The notes beneath the pieces are model-generated. The model had not been told where the DNA came from, made no database searches, and saw nothing but the letters and a program-made list of their open reading frames with translations. Below are positions 18,904 through 26,839 of a stretch of 64,000 nt of DNA, piece by piece; position 1 is the stretch's first letter; the number at the start of each line of letters is the position of its first letter. This stretch comes from Candidatus Lambdaproteobacteria bacterium (GTDB taxonomy: Bacteria; SAR324; JACQKK01), in NCBI GenBank assembly GCA_016204605.1, contig JACQKK010000005.1:3802-67801 (forward strand), written 5' to 3'. The position numbers and the translations under genes were made by a program.

Positions 18904-21900
18904 ATGTCCTCCGAACGCTCCCCCGAACTCCGGTGCGCCCCCGTGACCCACCGAGCGCCTTGGCCCCAGCGGGCAGTCCTGCCGGAACCGCTCCCGCGCG
19001 GGTCGGAGCGGCCCGCGGCCCTGCGTTCCCGCCCCACCCGGGCTTCGGGGCCGGCCTGGCTGGGGCCGGCCTGGCTGGGGCTGGCCTGGCTGGGGCTGGC
19101 CTCGCTCGCGCTGACGGCGGCCCTGCCCGTGGCCGCGCAGAGCCCGCCATCGCCCGGGGAATCGGGGCGGGTGGCCGTGGTGCACACCTGGCGCCGCATC
19201 TACTACGGCGAGCTGGACGGCAAGGAGAGCCTGCTGTTCGGCGGCGATTTCTCCCGTGCCAAGCCCACCCTGGGTGACCTGGATGGGAATGGCACGGCGG
19301 ACCTCGTGCTCGGGACGGCGCAAGGTCATCTCCTCTATTTCGAGAACCAGGGCACCGCCCGCGAGCCCCGCTGGCGGCTGCTGAACGAATCCCTCGCGGC
19401 GCGCACGGGGCCGCGCACGTCCGGCGGCGAGGCGCCGCTGGCGCCGATCGGGGTCGGCGGCAACGCCGCGCCCGCGCTGATCGATATCGATGGCGATGGG
19501 GCGCTGGACCTGTTCGTCGGCTCGGGCTCCGGCAAGCTGTTCTACTTCCACAACGACGGCCACAAGTACCTGCCGGTGTTCCGGCTGGTCAGCAGCGACT
19601 TCCTCGGTCGCTCGTTCGGGCCGAATCTCGTCGTCAAGTTCGCCGACGTCAACGGCGATGGCCTGCCCGACATGACGCTCGGCAACGACCAGGGCGAGGT
19701 GTGGCTGCTGCTCAACCAGGGCTCGCGCTTCGAGCCCGCCTTCTGCACCGATGCGCAATCCGGCGCCGGCTGCCGCTTCCCGCCGGTCAAGCTCCTGCAG
19801 ATCAGCCCGGAAGACAACGCGGTGCCGGAGTGGGTGGACTGGGACGGCGATGGCAACCTGGACCTGATGGTCGGCAAGAGCGATGGCCGCATCGCCTACT
19901 ACCGCAACCTGGGCACCCGCCAGGCCGGCGTGTGGGAGCTGGCCGACCCCCGCTTCCACATCATCGACGCGGGCGGCTATGCCGCGCCCCTGTTCGTCGA
20001 CCTCAACGGCGATGGACGCACCGACCTGCTGGTGGCCAGCGACAGCGACCAGCTGCTGCTGTACCTCAACCGCGCCGGGAAGCAGGGCCCGGAGCTCTGG
20101 CTCGAGGAGCGCAACGCGCTCCAGGTGCGGCGGCTCGGACGCTTCCAGTCCCGGCTGCACGTGGCGTCGGGCGACCTGACCGGCAACGGCCTGCCGGATC
20201 TGGTCGTCGGCACCCGCGGCGGAAACCTGCTGCTCTATTACAACGAGAGCCGGGGCGAGCGGGTGATCCTGCGCTCGGCGCCGGAGCCGATCCTGCCCAC
20301 CCCCAAGCGCTCGTTCAGCGCCCCCGCGCTGGTGGACCTCGATGGCGATGGCAAGCTGGACCTGGTGGTGGGCGACCGCAACGGGCGGCTGGAGTGGATC
20401 CAGAACGTCGGCACCCCCAAGGAGCCCCGCTGGCAGGTGCGGGACCTGTTCTTCGCCGGGGTCGACGTGGGCTCGCTGAGCGTGCCCCTGTTCCGTGCCG
20501 TCACGGGCGGCCGCCTGCCGGACCTCATCGTCGGCAACGGGCGCGGCAACGTGATCCTGTTCGCGAACAAGGGCACGGCGCAACGACCCGAATTCGTCCT
20601 CTCCACGGTGCGCTTCGCGGGGCTGGCGGTGGAAGGCGATGCCTCGCCGGCGGCGTTCCCCTGGAAGCCGCAGGCGCCGGCCGATCTCGTGGTGGGCAGC
20701 CGCACGGGCGCGCTCGTGCCGGCCATCGCGGACCCCGCCCTGCAGGCGAGCGATGCGGTGGCCCATGGCTACAAGGCGCAGCCGCCCTGGCGCAACCTGC
20801 GGGCGAGCGCCTATGCCGCCCCCCACTTCGTGGACCTGTTCGGGCGGGGGCGGCCGGACCTGCTGCTGGGGAGCGACCTGGGTACGCTGGCGCTCTGGCG
20901 CAACGAGGGGGCGCTCTCGCCGGAGGATCTGGCCCGGCTGGCACCCGCCCGCCCCCGCAACATGCTGCCCCAGGAGCGGGTGCGCGAGGAGATGCTGCCC
21001 GGTACCGTCGGCGCGCGGCCCCAGGGCTCCGAGCCGACCCCCGCCGCGGCGCTGGCCTCGCTTCAGCAGCGGGAGCTGCCGCTCGAGCCGGTGTTCATCG
21101 CCGAGCGCGCCCCGATCAGCGACCTGCGGCTGGGCTCGGGCAGCAAGCCCGCCTTCTTCGATGGCGATGGCAAGGGGCGGCAAGACCTGCTGGTCGGCAC
21201 CCGCAGCGGGAGCCTCGCCCACTACGAAAACCTGGGGCCCAAGGACGGCCCGCGCTGGCGTCTCGTCACGGCCCGCTTCGCGGGCTACCAGCACGGGCGC
21301 AATGCCGCCCCGACCTTCCAGGACCTCGATGGCGATGGCCGGCCCGAGCTGATCGTCGGGACGGAGAACGGCCGCATCTACGTCTGGCGCAACCAGAGCG
21401 CCTCCGGGCCGCCGGCCTACACGGCGCCGCCGATGCCGCTGGTCGGGGTCAACGCCGGGCCCAACTCCGTGCCCTGCTTCTACGACCTGGATGGCGATGG
21501 CACGCCTGAGTTGCTGGTGGGCCACCTCAAGGGCTGGGTCTCGCTCTTCCGCCGCAAGCCCGGCGGCAGCTGGGCCGATTTCGAGCTGGTGGAGCGGCGC
21601 TTCGCCGGGATCGATGTGGGCGTGAACGCCGCGCCCGCCGTCGTGCGCCTCACCAATCGCCCGCTGCCCGTGATGCTGGTGGGCACCGACCGCGGCCCGA
21701 TCGTGGTGCTCGAGGCGCTCGACGCCCGCCCGCTGGCCTCCTCGCGCTGGCAGGTCAACAAGACCTACCTCGAAGGGCTGACGTTTCCCATGGGCAGCGC
21801 CCCCGTGCTGGCCGATCTCGACGGCGATGGCGACCTGGACCTCTATATCGGCAGCGATGGCGGCGCGATCGCCTTCTACCGCAACAACGCCTTCGCCGGC

Positions 21901-21906
21901 AGATAG
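18904..21906 (+). CDS. Secreted FG-GAP/VCBS-repeat (integrin-alpha-like beta-propeller) protein, 1000 aa
   Basis: About 15 repeats of the pattern D-x-D/N-G-D-G-x-x-D-L-x-V-G ... G-x-L-x-Y/L-Y/F-x-N, for example LGDLDGNGTADLVLG, LIDIDGDGALDLFVG and LADLDGDGDLDLYIG. There is a hydrophobic signal-like segment ending VAAQ. The true start is uncertain because the N-region is long. Confidence 0.8.
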   Translation: MSSERSPELRCAPVTHRAPWPQRAVLPEPLPRGSERPAALRSRPTRASGPAWLGPAWLGLAWLGLASLALTAALPVAAQSPPSPGESGRVAVVHTWRRIYYGELDGKESLLFGGDFSRAKPTLGDLDGNGTADLVLGTAQGHLLYFENQGTAREPRWRLLNESLAARTGPRTSGGEAPLAPIGVGGNAAPALIDIDGDGALDLFVGSGSGKLFYFHNDGHKYLPVFRLVSSDFLGRSFGPNLVVKFADVNGDGLPDMTLGNDQGEVWLLLNQGSRFEPAFCTDAQSGAGCRFPPVKLLQISPEDNAVPEWVDWDGDGNLDLMVGKSDGRIAYYRNLGTRQAGVWELADPRFHIIDAGGYAAPLFVDLNGDGRTDLLVASDSDQLLLYLNRAGKQGPELWLEERNALQVRRLGRFQSRLHVASGDLTGNGLPDLVVGTRGGNLLLYYNESRGERVILRSAPEPILPTPKRSFSAPALVDLDGDGKLDLVVGDRNGRLEWIQNVGTPKEPRWQVRDLFFAGVDVGSLSVPLFRAVTGGRLPDLIVGNGRGNVILFANKGTAQRPEFVLSTVRFAGLAVEGDASPAAFPWKPQAPADLVVGSRTGALVPAIADPALQASDAVAHGYKAQPPWRNLRASAYAAPHFVDLFGRGRPDLLLGSDLGTLALWRNEGALSPEDLARLAPARPRNMLPQERVREEMLPGTVGARPQGSEPTPAAALASLQQRELPLEPVFIAERAPISDLRLGSGSKPAFFDGDGKGRQDLLVGTRSGSLAHYENLGPKDGPRWRLVTARFAGYQHGRNAAPTFQDLDGDGRPELIVGTENGRIYVWRNQSASGPPAYTAPPMPLVGVNAGPNSVPCFYDLDGDGTPELLVGHLKGWVSLFRRKPGGSWADFELVERRFAGIDVGVNAAPAVVRLTNRPLPVMLVGTDRGPIVVLEALDARPLASSRWQVNKTYLEGLTFPMGSAPVLADLDGDGDLDLYIGSDGGAIAFYRNNAFAGR
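19047..19106 (+). repeat. 15-nt tandem repeat x4 inside the signal-peptide coding region
   Basis: ggggccggcctggct / ggggccggcctggct / ggggctggcctggct / ggggctggcctcgct, encoding AWLGP-AWLGL-AWLGL-ASLAL. Confidence 0.9.
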
Positions 21907-21990
21907 GCCGCGCGGCCCCACGCCTGCGACGCCTGGCGCCGGCGTCCTGGCGCGGCCCCCGCCCGGCACGCACTCCATCGGCGGGAAACC

Positions 21991-22554
21991 ATGACCGACC
22001 GCTGCGCCTGGGCCGGAGACGACCCCCTCTACGTCGCGTACCACGACCGCGAGTGGGGCGTGCCCGTCCACGACGACCGCGCGCTGTTCGAGTTCCTCGT
22101 GCTCGAAGGGGCGCAGGCCGGGCTGAGCTGGATCACCATCCTGCGCAAGCGGGAAGGCTACCGGCGCGCCTTCGCCGGGTTCGACCCCGAGCGGGTGGCG
22201 GCCTTCGACGAGGCGCGGGCTGCGACGCTGCTGACCGACCCGGCGCTGGTGCGCAACCGGCTCAAGATCGCCTCCGCGATCGGCAACGCCCGGCGGCTGC
22301 TCGAGGTGCGCCGCGAGTTCGGCAGCTTCGATGGCTTCATCTGGCGCTTCATCGGGGGCGCGCCCCGTCGCAACGCCTGGCGCTCGCGCGACCAGGTGCC
22401 CGCCGTCACCGCCGAGGCCACCGCCATGAGCAGGGAGCTGAAGCGGCGCGGATTCCGGTTCGTCGGCCCCACCATCTGCTATGCGTTCATGCAGGCGGTG
22501 GGCATGGTGAACGACCACACCACCGACTGCTTCCGCCACCGGGAGATCGGCTGA
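21991..22554 (+). CDS. tag: DNA-3-methyladenine glycosylase I
   Basis: CAWAGDDPLYVAYHDREWGVPVHDDRALFEFLVLEGAQAGLSWITILRKREGYR...CYAFMQAVGMVNDH is a near-canonical Tag sequence. Confidence 0.92.
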   Translation: MTDRCAWAGDDPLYVAYHDREWGVPVHDDRALFEFLVLEGAQAGLSWITILRKREGYRRAFAGFDPERVAAFDEARAATLLTDPALVRNRLKIASAIGNARRLLEVRREFGSFDGFIWRFIGGAPRRNAWRSRDQVPAVTAEATAMSRELKRRGFRFVGPTICYAFMQAVGMVNDHTTDCFRHREIG

Positions 22555-22558
22555 GGCC

Positions 22559-22670
22559 GCCACAACCTCAGCCAGCCCGACCCTCTCGCTCCAAGAATCG
22601 GAGCGGGAGGGTGCGCCACAACCTCACCCACCCCGATCCTCCCGCTCCAAGAATTGGAGGGGGAGGGTGC
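22559..22670. repeat. 56-bp tandem REP-like unit x2
   Basis: gccacaacctcaSccaSccYgaYcctcYcgctccaagaatYggagSgggagggtgc occurs twice back to back (22559-22614 and 22615-22670). Each unit contains a hairpin ccctcNcgctcc-aagaat-ggagNgggaggg. Confidence 0.85.
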
Positions 22671-22703
22671 GTCAAATTGAACGCTGGGGGCGCGAGCCTT
22701 GGC

Positions 22704-22812
22704 CTTCTCCCCCGCTCCAACTTCTTGGAGAGGGGGCCGGGGCGAGAGGTCGCCGGCGGCCTCGCCCCGCCGCTGACGCGGCTGCCCCCTCTCCCGGGGG
22801 TGAGGGTGCCCC
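22704..22812. repeat. REP-like G-rich palindromic elements (family C-like)
   Basis: tctcccccgctccaacttcttggagagggggccggggcgagagg and gccccctctcccgggggtgagggtgcc. The same ...ggccgggg(t/c)gaggg... tail appears in the elements at 63461-63631. Confidence 0.65.
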
Positions 22813-22982
22813 GCCAAATCGCTCCGGTGGCTGGTGCGGGGCTGCCTCCCCTTTCCCGCGCCGTCCGTGCTACGCTGCGGCCGTCCGCGGCGGGAGGCTA
22901 CGCTGCAACTGACTGCGGCGTCCCCGCGGGGGCCGCATCCGGGTCGCCAGGGCACAGAGAGGCCACAGATAGGAGGCTGCGC

Positions 22983-24062
22983 ATGAGCACCACCCACCGC
23001 ATCGCCGTGATCCCGGGGGACGGGATCGGCGTGGAGGTCGTCACCGAGGGCATCCGGGTGCTGGATGCCGTGGGCGCGGCGATCGGCGTCCGCTTCCAGT
23101 GGGACTGGAAGGACTGGTCCTGCGCGCGCTATGCGAAGACGGGGGCGATGATGCCGAAGGACGGCCTGGCCACGATCGCCAACCACGATGCGGTGTTCCT
23201 GGGCGCCGTGGGCTGGCCCACCGTGCCCGACCACATCAGCCTGTGGGGGCTGCTGATCCCCATCCGCCGGGAGTTTCAGCAGTACGTCAACCTGCGCCCG
23301 GTGCGCCTGCTGGAGGGGGTGCCGAGCCCCCTCGCCGGCCGCAAGCCCGGGGATATCGACATGCTGATCGTACGGGAGAACTCCGAGGGCGAGTACTCCA
23401 ACATCGGCGGCATCCGCAACGAGGGGCGCGACGACGAGGAGTGCTGGCAGGAGACCCGCTTCACCCGGCGCGGGGTGGACCGCATCCTGCGCTTCGCCTT
23501 CGGGCTGGCGCGCGCGCGGCCGAAGAAGCACCTCACCAGCGCCACCAAGTCGAACGGGATCGTCCACACGATGCCCTACTGGGACAAGCGCTGGGAGGCG
23601 ATCCACGCGGAGTACCCGGACGTCAGGACCGACAAGTTCCACGTCGATATCCTGACCGCCCACTTCGTGCGCAACCCCCACTGGTTCGACGTGGTGGTGG
23701 GCTCGAACCTGTTCGGCGATATCCTCTCCGACCTGGGCCCGGCGGTGACGGGGACGATCGGCATCGCGCCCTCGGCCAACATCAACCCCGAGCGCACGTT
23801 CCCCAGCATGTTCGAGCCGGTGCACGGCTCCGCGCCCGACATCGCCGGCAAGGGCATCGCCAACCCGATCGGGCAGATCTGGAGCGGCGCCCTGATGCTC
23901 GACCACCTCGGCCACCCCGAGGCGGCCCGCGTGGTCGAGCGCGCCATCGAGGCCACCCTGCGCGACAGCGACGTGAAGACGCCCGACATGGGCGGCAAGG
24001 CCAACACCGTCGAGCTGGGCCAGGCCATCGAGCAGGCCGTCAGGGCCGCCCTCAGGCGCTAG
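22983..24062 (+). CDS. Tartrate dehydrogenase/decarboxylase-like (isocitrate/isopropylmalate dehydrogenase family)
   Basis: HRIAVIPGDGIGVEV...PDHISLWGLLIPIRREFQQYVNLRPV...VRENSEGEYS...TSATKSNGI...SNLFGDILSDLGPA..GTIGIAPSANINP...FEPVHGSAPDIAGKGIANPIGQIW matches TtuC-type enzymes closely. Confidence 0.88.
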   Translation: MSTTHRIAVIPGDGIGVEVVTEGIRVLDAVGAAIGVRFQWDWKDWSCARYAKTGAMMPKDGLATIANHDAVFLGAVGWPTVPDHISLWGLLIPIRREFQQYVNLRPVRLLEGVPSPLAGRKPGDIDMLIVRENSEGEYSNIGGIRNEGRDDEECWQETRFTRRGVDRILRFAFGLARARPKKHLTSATKSNGIVHTMPYWDKRWEAIHAEYPDVRTDKFHVDILTAHFVRNPHWFDVVVGSNLFGDILSDLGPAVTGTIGIAPSANINPERTFPSMFEPVHGSAPDIAGKGIANPIGQIWSGALMLDHLGHPEAARVVERAIEATLRDSDVKTPDMGGKANTVELGQAIEQAVRAALRR

Positions 24063-24364
24063 CGGCGCCCCGTTCCCCGCCGCGCGGGAATCCGCGCCAT
24101 CGACCAGCGGCCCCGGGGATCCAGCGCGCCGGTCTGCTCCCTGCGGCAGCGGAAAGAGCACCGGCTGCGGGGGGGGGGTGGGGTGGCGCGGACGGTCGAA
24201 GTCCTGTCCTCGTCCCGCCCGACTGTGGTAGAGAGGAAGCGAGGCGCGCCCGCGGGTCGGGGCGGCGTGATCCGGAACTTGGCGGCGAAGCGTTTCGGGC
24301 GCGATTCCGGTCGGGGTCGTCGAGGCCCGTGCCTCATCGTCGGACACACCGAGGGGGACGGCGG

Positions 24365-25264
24365 ATGGACTACGTTCGCTATATCGACAAGACCCGCGAG
24401 TACTACCGTGGGCTGGGCTATACGCGCTCCTACCAATGGGCACACTACGAGGGCGCGCCGTTCACGCCGCTGCGCAAACCCTTGGCGGAATGTCGGGTGG
24501 CGCTGGTTTCCACCGCGGGCTTCACGCTCGTGCCGGAGGGCGGATTCAGTGCGGAGGAGCTGGCGCGCGTCAAGACCGGCGGCTCGAACGTGGGTTCCTA
24601 CGCGCTGGAGGTGTGGCCCATCCCCAGCGAGATCGCAGAAGACCGGATCCTATACGTGGTGGCGAATCACGACCGCTCCCAGAGCGACATGTCGGACGCC
24701 AACACGTTCTTTCCGGTGACCCGGCTGCGGGAGTTCCGGGACGAGGGCGTGCTGGGCAGCCTCGCCACGAACTTCTATCGCCTCAAGGAGAATTACAGCC
24801 AGCGCAAGACGGTGGAGGTGGACGCGCCCGAGGTGTTGCGCCTGCTAAAGGCAGACCGGGTGGATGCGGCGCTGTTGAGTCCCGTCTGACCGGTCTGCCA
24901 CCAGACCGTGAGTCTGGTCGCCCGGCACCTGGAAGCCAACGGCATCGCGACGGTCACCTTCAGCAATGCCCGCGACATCACCGCGAGTGCCTGCAATCCC
25001 CGCACCGTGTTCACCGATTATCCCCTCGGCAATGCCTGCGGCCGGCCCCACCAGCGCGAAAACCAGCGCGAGGTGCTCCGGACGGGCTTCCGCCAGCTCG
25101 AAAGCGCGACGGAGCCCGGCACCATCGTCGACACGCCCTTCCGGTGGTCGGCCGACGAGGAGTGGAAACGGCTGGTCTTCACGAATGAGCGCCCCTGGCT
25201 CAGCGAACAAGCGGAAGCGGAACGCCGCGCGATCCTGGAACGGAACCGGTCGGCGCGCCCATGA
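24365..25264 (+). CDS. GrdB/PrdB-family (glycine/sarcosine/betaine/D-proline reductase B-like) selenoprotein. In-frame TGA at 24887-24889 read as Sec
   Basis: Two same-frame ORF pieces (..24889 and 24908..25264) join into ...LLKADRVDAALLSPV-U-PVC-HQTVSLVARHLEANGIATVTFSN.... The U-x-x-C sits where this family carries its Sec/Cys redox centre. The N-terminal half has family-like VALVSTAGF and FFPVTRLREFRDEGVLGSLA. A hairpin follows the UGA. Confidence 0.8.
24891..24918 (+). promoter_or_regulatory. Candidate bacterial SECIS hairpin(s) for the UGA at 24887
   Basis: There are two mutually exclusive 7-bp stems. One is ACCAGAC-CGUGA-GUCUGGU (24900-24918, with GU in the loop, starting 11 nt after the UGA). 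The other is CGGUCUG-CCAC-CAGACCG (24891-24908). Confidence 0.5.
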
Positions 25265-25277
25265 CGAGAGCCCTGCC

Positions 25278-25508
25278 GTGAAACACGTGATCGTCTACAC
25301 CACCCCGTTCTGAGCGCCCTGCGCGGCCCTGAAGACGTATCTGGCCGACAAAGGCGTGTCCTTTGAGGAACGGGACCCGATGGTCGATCCGGCAGCCGAG
25401 GCCGAACTGGCCGCACTCGGCCTCTATTCCACGCCGGTGACGCTGGTCGACGGCGAAGCCATCTTGGGGTTCGATCCGGATGCACTGGATCGGGTGTTGA
25501 CCCCGTAG
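25278..25508 (+). CDS. Glutaredoxin-like (thioredoxin-fold) selenoprotein. In-frame TGA at 25311-25313 read as Sec
   Basis: (V/M)KHVIVYTTPF-U-APC-AALKTYLADKGVSFEERDPMVDPAAEAELAALGLYSTPVTLVDGEAILGFDPDALDRVL. This is the classic small-Grx layout, with the first Cys of CxxC replaced by TGA. GTG start 13 nt after the GrdB-like stop, with GAGAG 8 nt upstream. A weak stem CGGCC/GGCCG (25324-25347) follows the UGA. Confidence 0.75.
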
Positions 25509-25516
25509 CCCCGCAC

Positions 25517-25562
25517 CCACCCCGAGGCGGCCCGCCTGCTCGAGCGCGCCAGTGCGGCCACC
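25517..25562 (+). repeat. Direct repeat / decayed copy of the 3' end of the dehydrogenase gene (compare 23912-23957)
   Basis: ccaccccgaggcggcccgcCtgCtcgagcgcgccaGTgCggccacc against ccaccccgaggcggcccgcGtgGtcgagcgcgccaTCgAggccacc. About 41 of 46 nt are identical by hand count. Both read HPEAAR(V/L)(V/L)ERA..AT in frame. Confidence 0.7.
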
Positions 25563-25612
25563 GTCAGGAGGTCCGGGCGCCGGGATTACGCGCCCTCTGC
25601 CGGGAGCGCCCC

Positions 25613-26839
25613 TCAGAACAGCTCCCGCACGAAATGCCGGGCGCGGCGCACGACGCCCGGCCGGGGGCCGTGCGTCGGGGTGCGCTCGGCGACCATGTGG
25701 TAGGCCTGCAATACGTTGTGGCCAAAGGCGTAGGCGCCGCTCCACAAGTACAGCCAGAACGCCCGGTACACCTGCTCGCCCCAACGCCGCAGGATCATCT
25801 CCCGGTTGGCCTGGAAGCGCTCCGCCCAGTGGCGCATGGTCAGCATGTAGTTGTGGTTGTCCTGCACCACCTGGCGCGGCATGAACCCGTGGAACAGCAT
25901 CTCCTGGATCACGTCCTGCAGACACATGTAGCTGTGAGTGCCGGGGTAGATGTAATGGCGGATATATCGGCTCACGGCATACTTTTCCAGGTCCGCCGAG
26001 GCGTCCATGTAGATCAGGCCGCTCGGCTTCAGAAGCTCCCACGCCCGCTGGAAGAACTTGCGATAGTAAGGGATGTGCTCGATCACGCCCAGGATGACGA
26101 TCGCGTCGTATGGCTTCTCCGCCTTGTGGACGAGAAAGTCCTCCTGCAGCACTTCGCCGGGGTACTTCTTCTCCGTGAGCAGCCGCTGAATATGGGCGTA
26201 GGAGTCGTTGGCGAGCGTCAGGCTGGTGACGTGGACATCGCGGGGCCCGCAGTAGCGGGTCACGCCGCCCCAGCCGGCGCCGATATCCAGCACACGCATG
26301 CCGGGCTTCAGTTGCGCCCAGTCGTACATGGTCTCCAGCTTGCGCTCACAGGCCTTTTCCAGCGACTCATCATCCGTCTGGAAGAATCCGTGGGAATAGA
26401 GATGGTAATCCGTATCGATGAAGCAGAGGAAGAAATCGTCGCCGAACTCGTAGTGGTGCTGGATCGCCTTCTTGTTGACCTTGGTGGGCGCCTGGATCAG
26501 TTGCTGGGCCCAGAAGTGAAGTTTAGGCGTCAACCCGCCGAGCGCATGCTTCAGGCGGGTACGTATATCGAAAAACGTCAGCATATCGCCTTCAATGTCG
26601 AACTCGCCGTTCACGAAGGAAGTCCCCAGCGTAAACTCGTCGGGGCCCTTGGCGAGGACGCGGTCCGTATGAAGGGTCACGCGGAACTTCGGGGCGCCGC
26701 TCCCGAAGCGTAGCGCCTTGCCATTGGCCAGGACGACTTCACACGGAACGTCGAAATCATTCAGCATGCGCTCGACGCGTTCGGTCACCTTCGTGCGGGA
26801 AGCAGAGGGTTCCTGTTCCGCAGTGGCGGATGAAAGCAT
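25613..26839 (-). CDS. cfa: Cyclopropane-fatty-acyl-phospholipid synthase family SAM-dependent methyltransferase
   Basis: HHYEFGDDFFLCFIDTDYHLYSHGFF...VLDIGAGWGGVTRY...YDAIVILGVIEHI...IYPGTHSYMCLQDV...HWAERFQAN matches the CFA-synthase/mycolic-acid-methyltransferase family. ATG at 26839. Confidence 0.85.
   Translation of the reverse strand: MLSSATAEQEPSASRTKVTERVERMLNDFDVPCEVVLANGKALRFGSGAPKFRVTLHTDRVLAKGPDEFTLGTSFVNGEFDIEGDMLTFFDIRTRLKHALGGLTPKLHFWAQQLIQAPTKVNKKAIQHHYEFGDDFFLCFIDTDYHLYSHGFFQTDDESLEKACERKLETMYDWAQLKPGMRVLDIGAGWGGVTRYCGPRDVHVTSLTLANDSYAHIQRLLTEKKYPGEVLQEDFLVHKAEKPYDAIVILGVIEHIPYYRKFFQRAWELLKPSGLIYMDASADLEKYAVSRYIRHYIYPGTHSYMCLQDVIQEMLFHGFMPRQVVQDNHNYMLTMRHWAERFQANREMILRRWGEQVYRAFWLYLWSGAYAFGHNVLQAYHMVAERTPTHGPRPGVVRRARHFVRELF

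Noticed and set aside
18100-22563. A 1487-aa ORF on the minus strand, spanning the PilZ, FG-GAP and tag genes.
   Set aside because: It is antisense to three well-supported genes. Its composition is Arg/Gly/Ala/Pro-rich with no motifs, which is the typical long shadow ORF of high-GC DNA.
22559-22670. A possible CRISPR array, suggested by tandem palindromic repeats.
   Set aside because: There are only two directly abutting 56-bp units with no spacers, no cas genes are present, and the sequence is related to the other REP elements.
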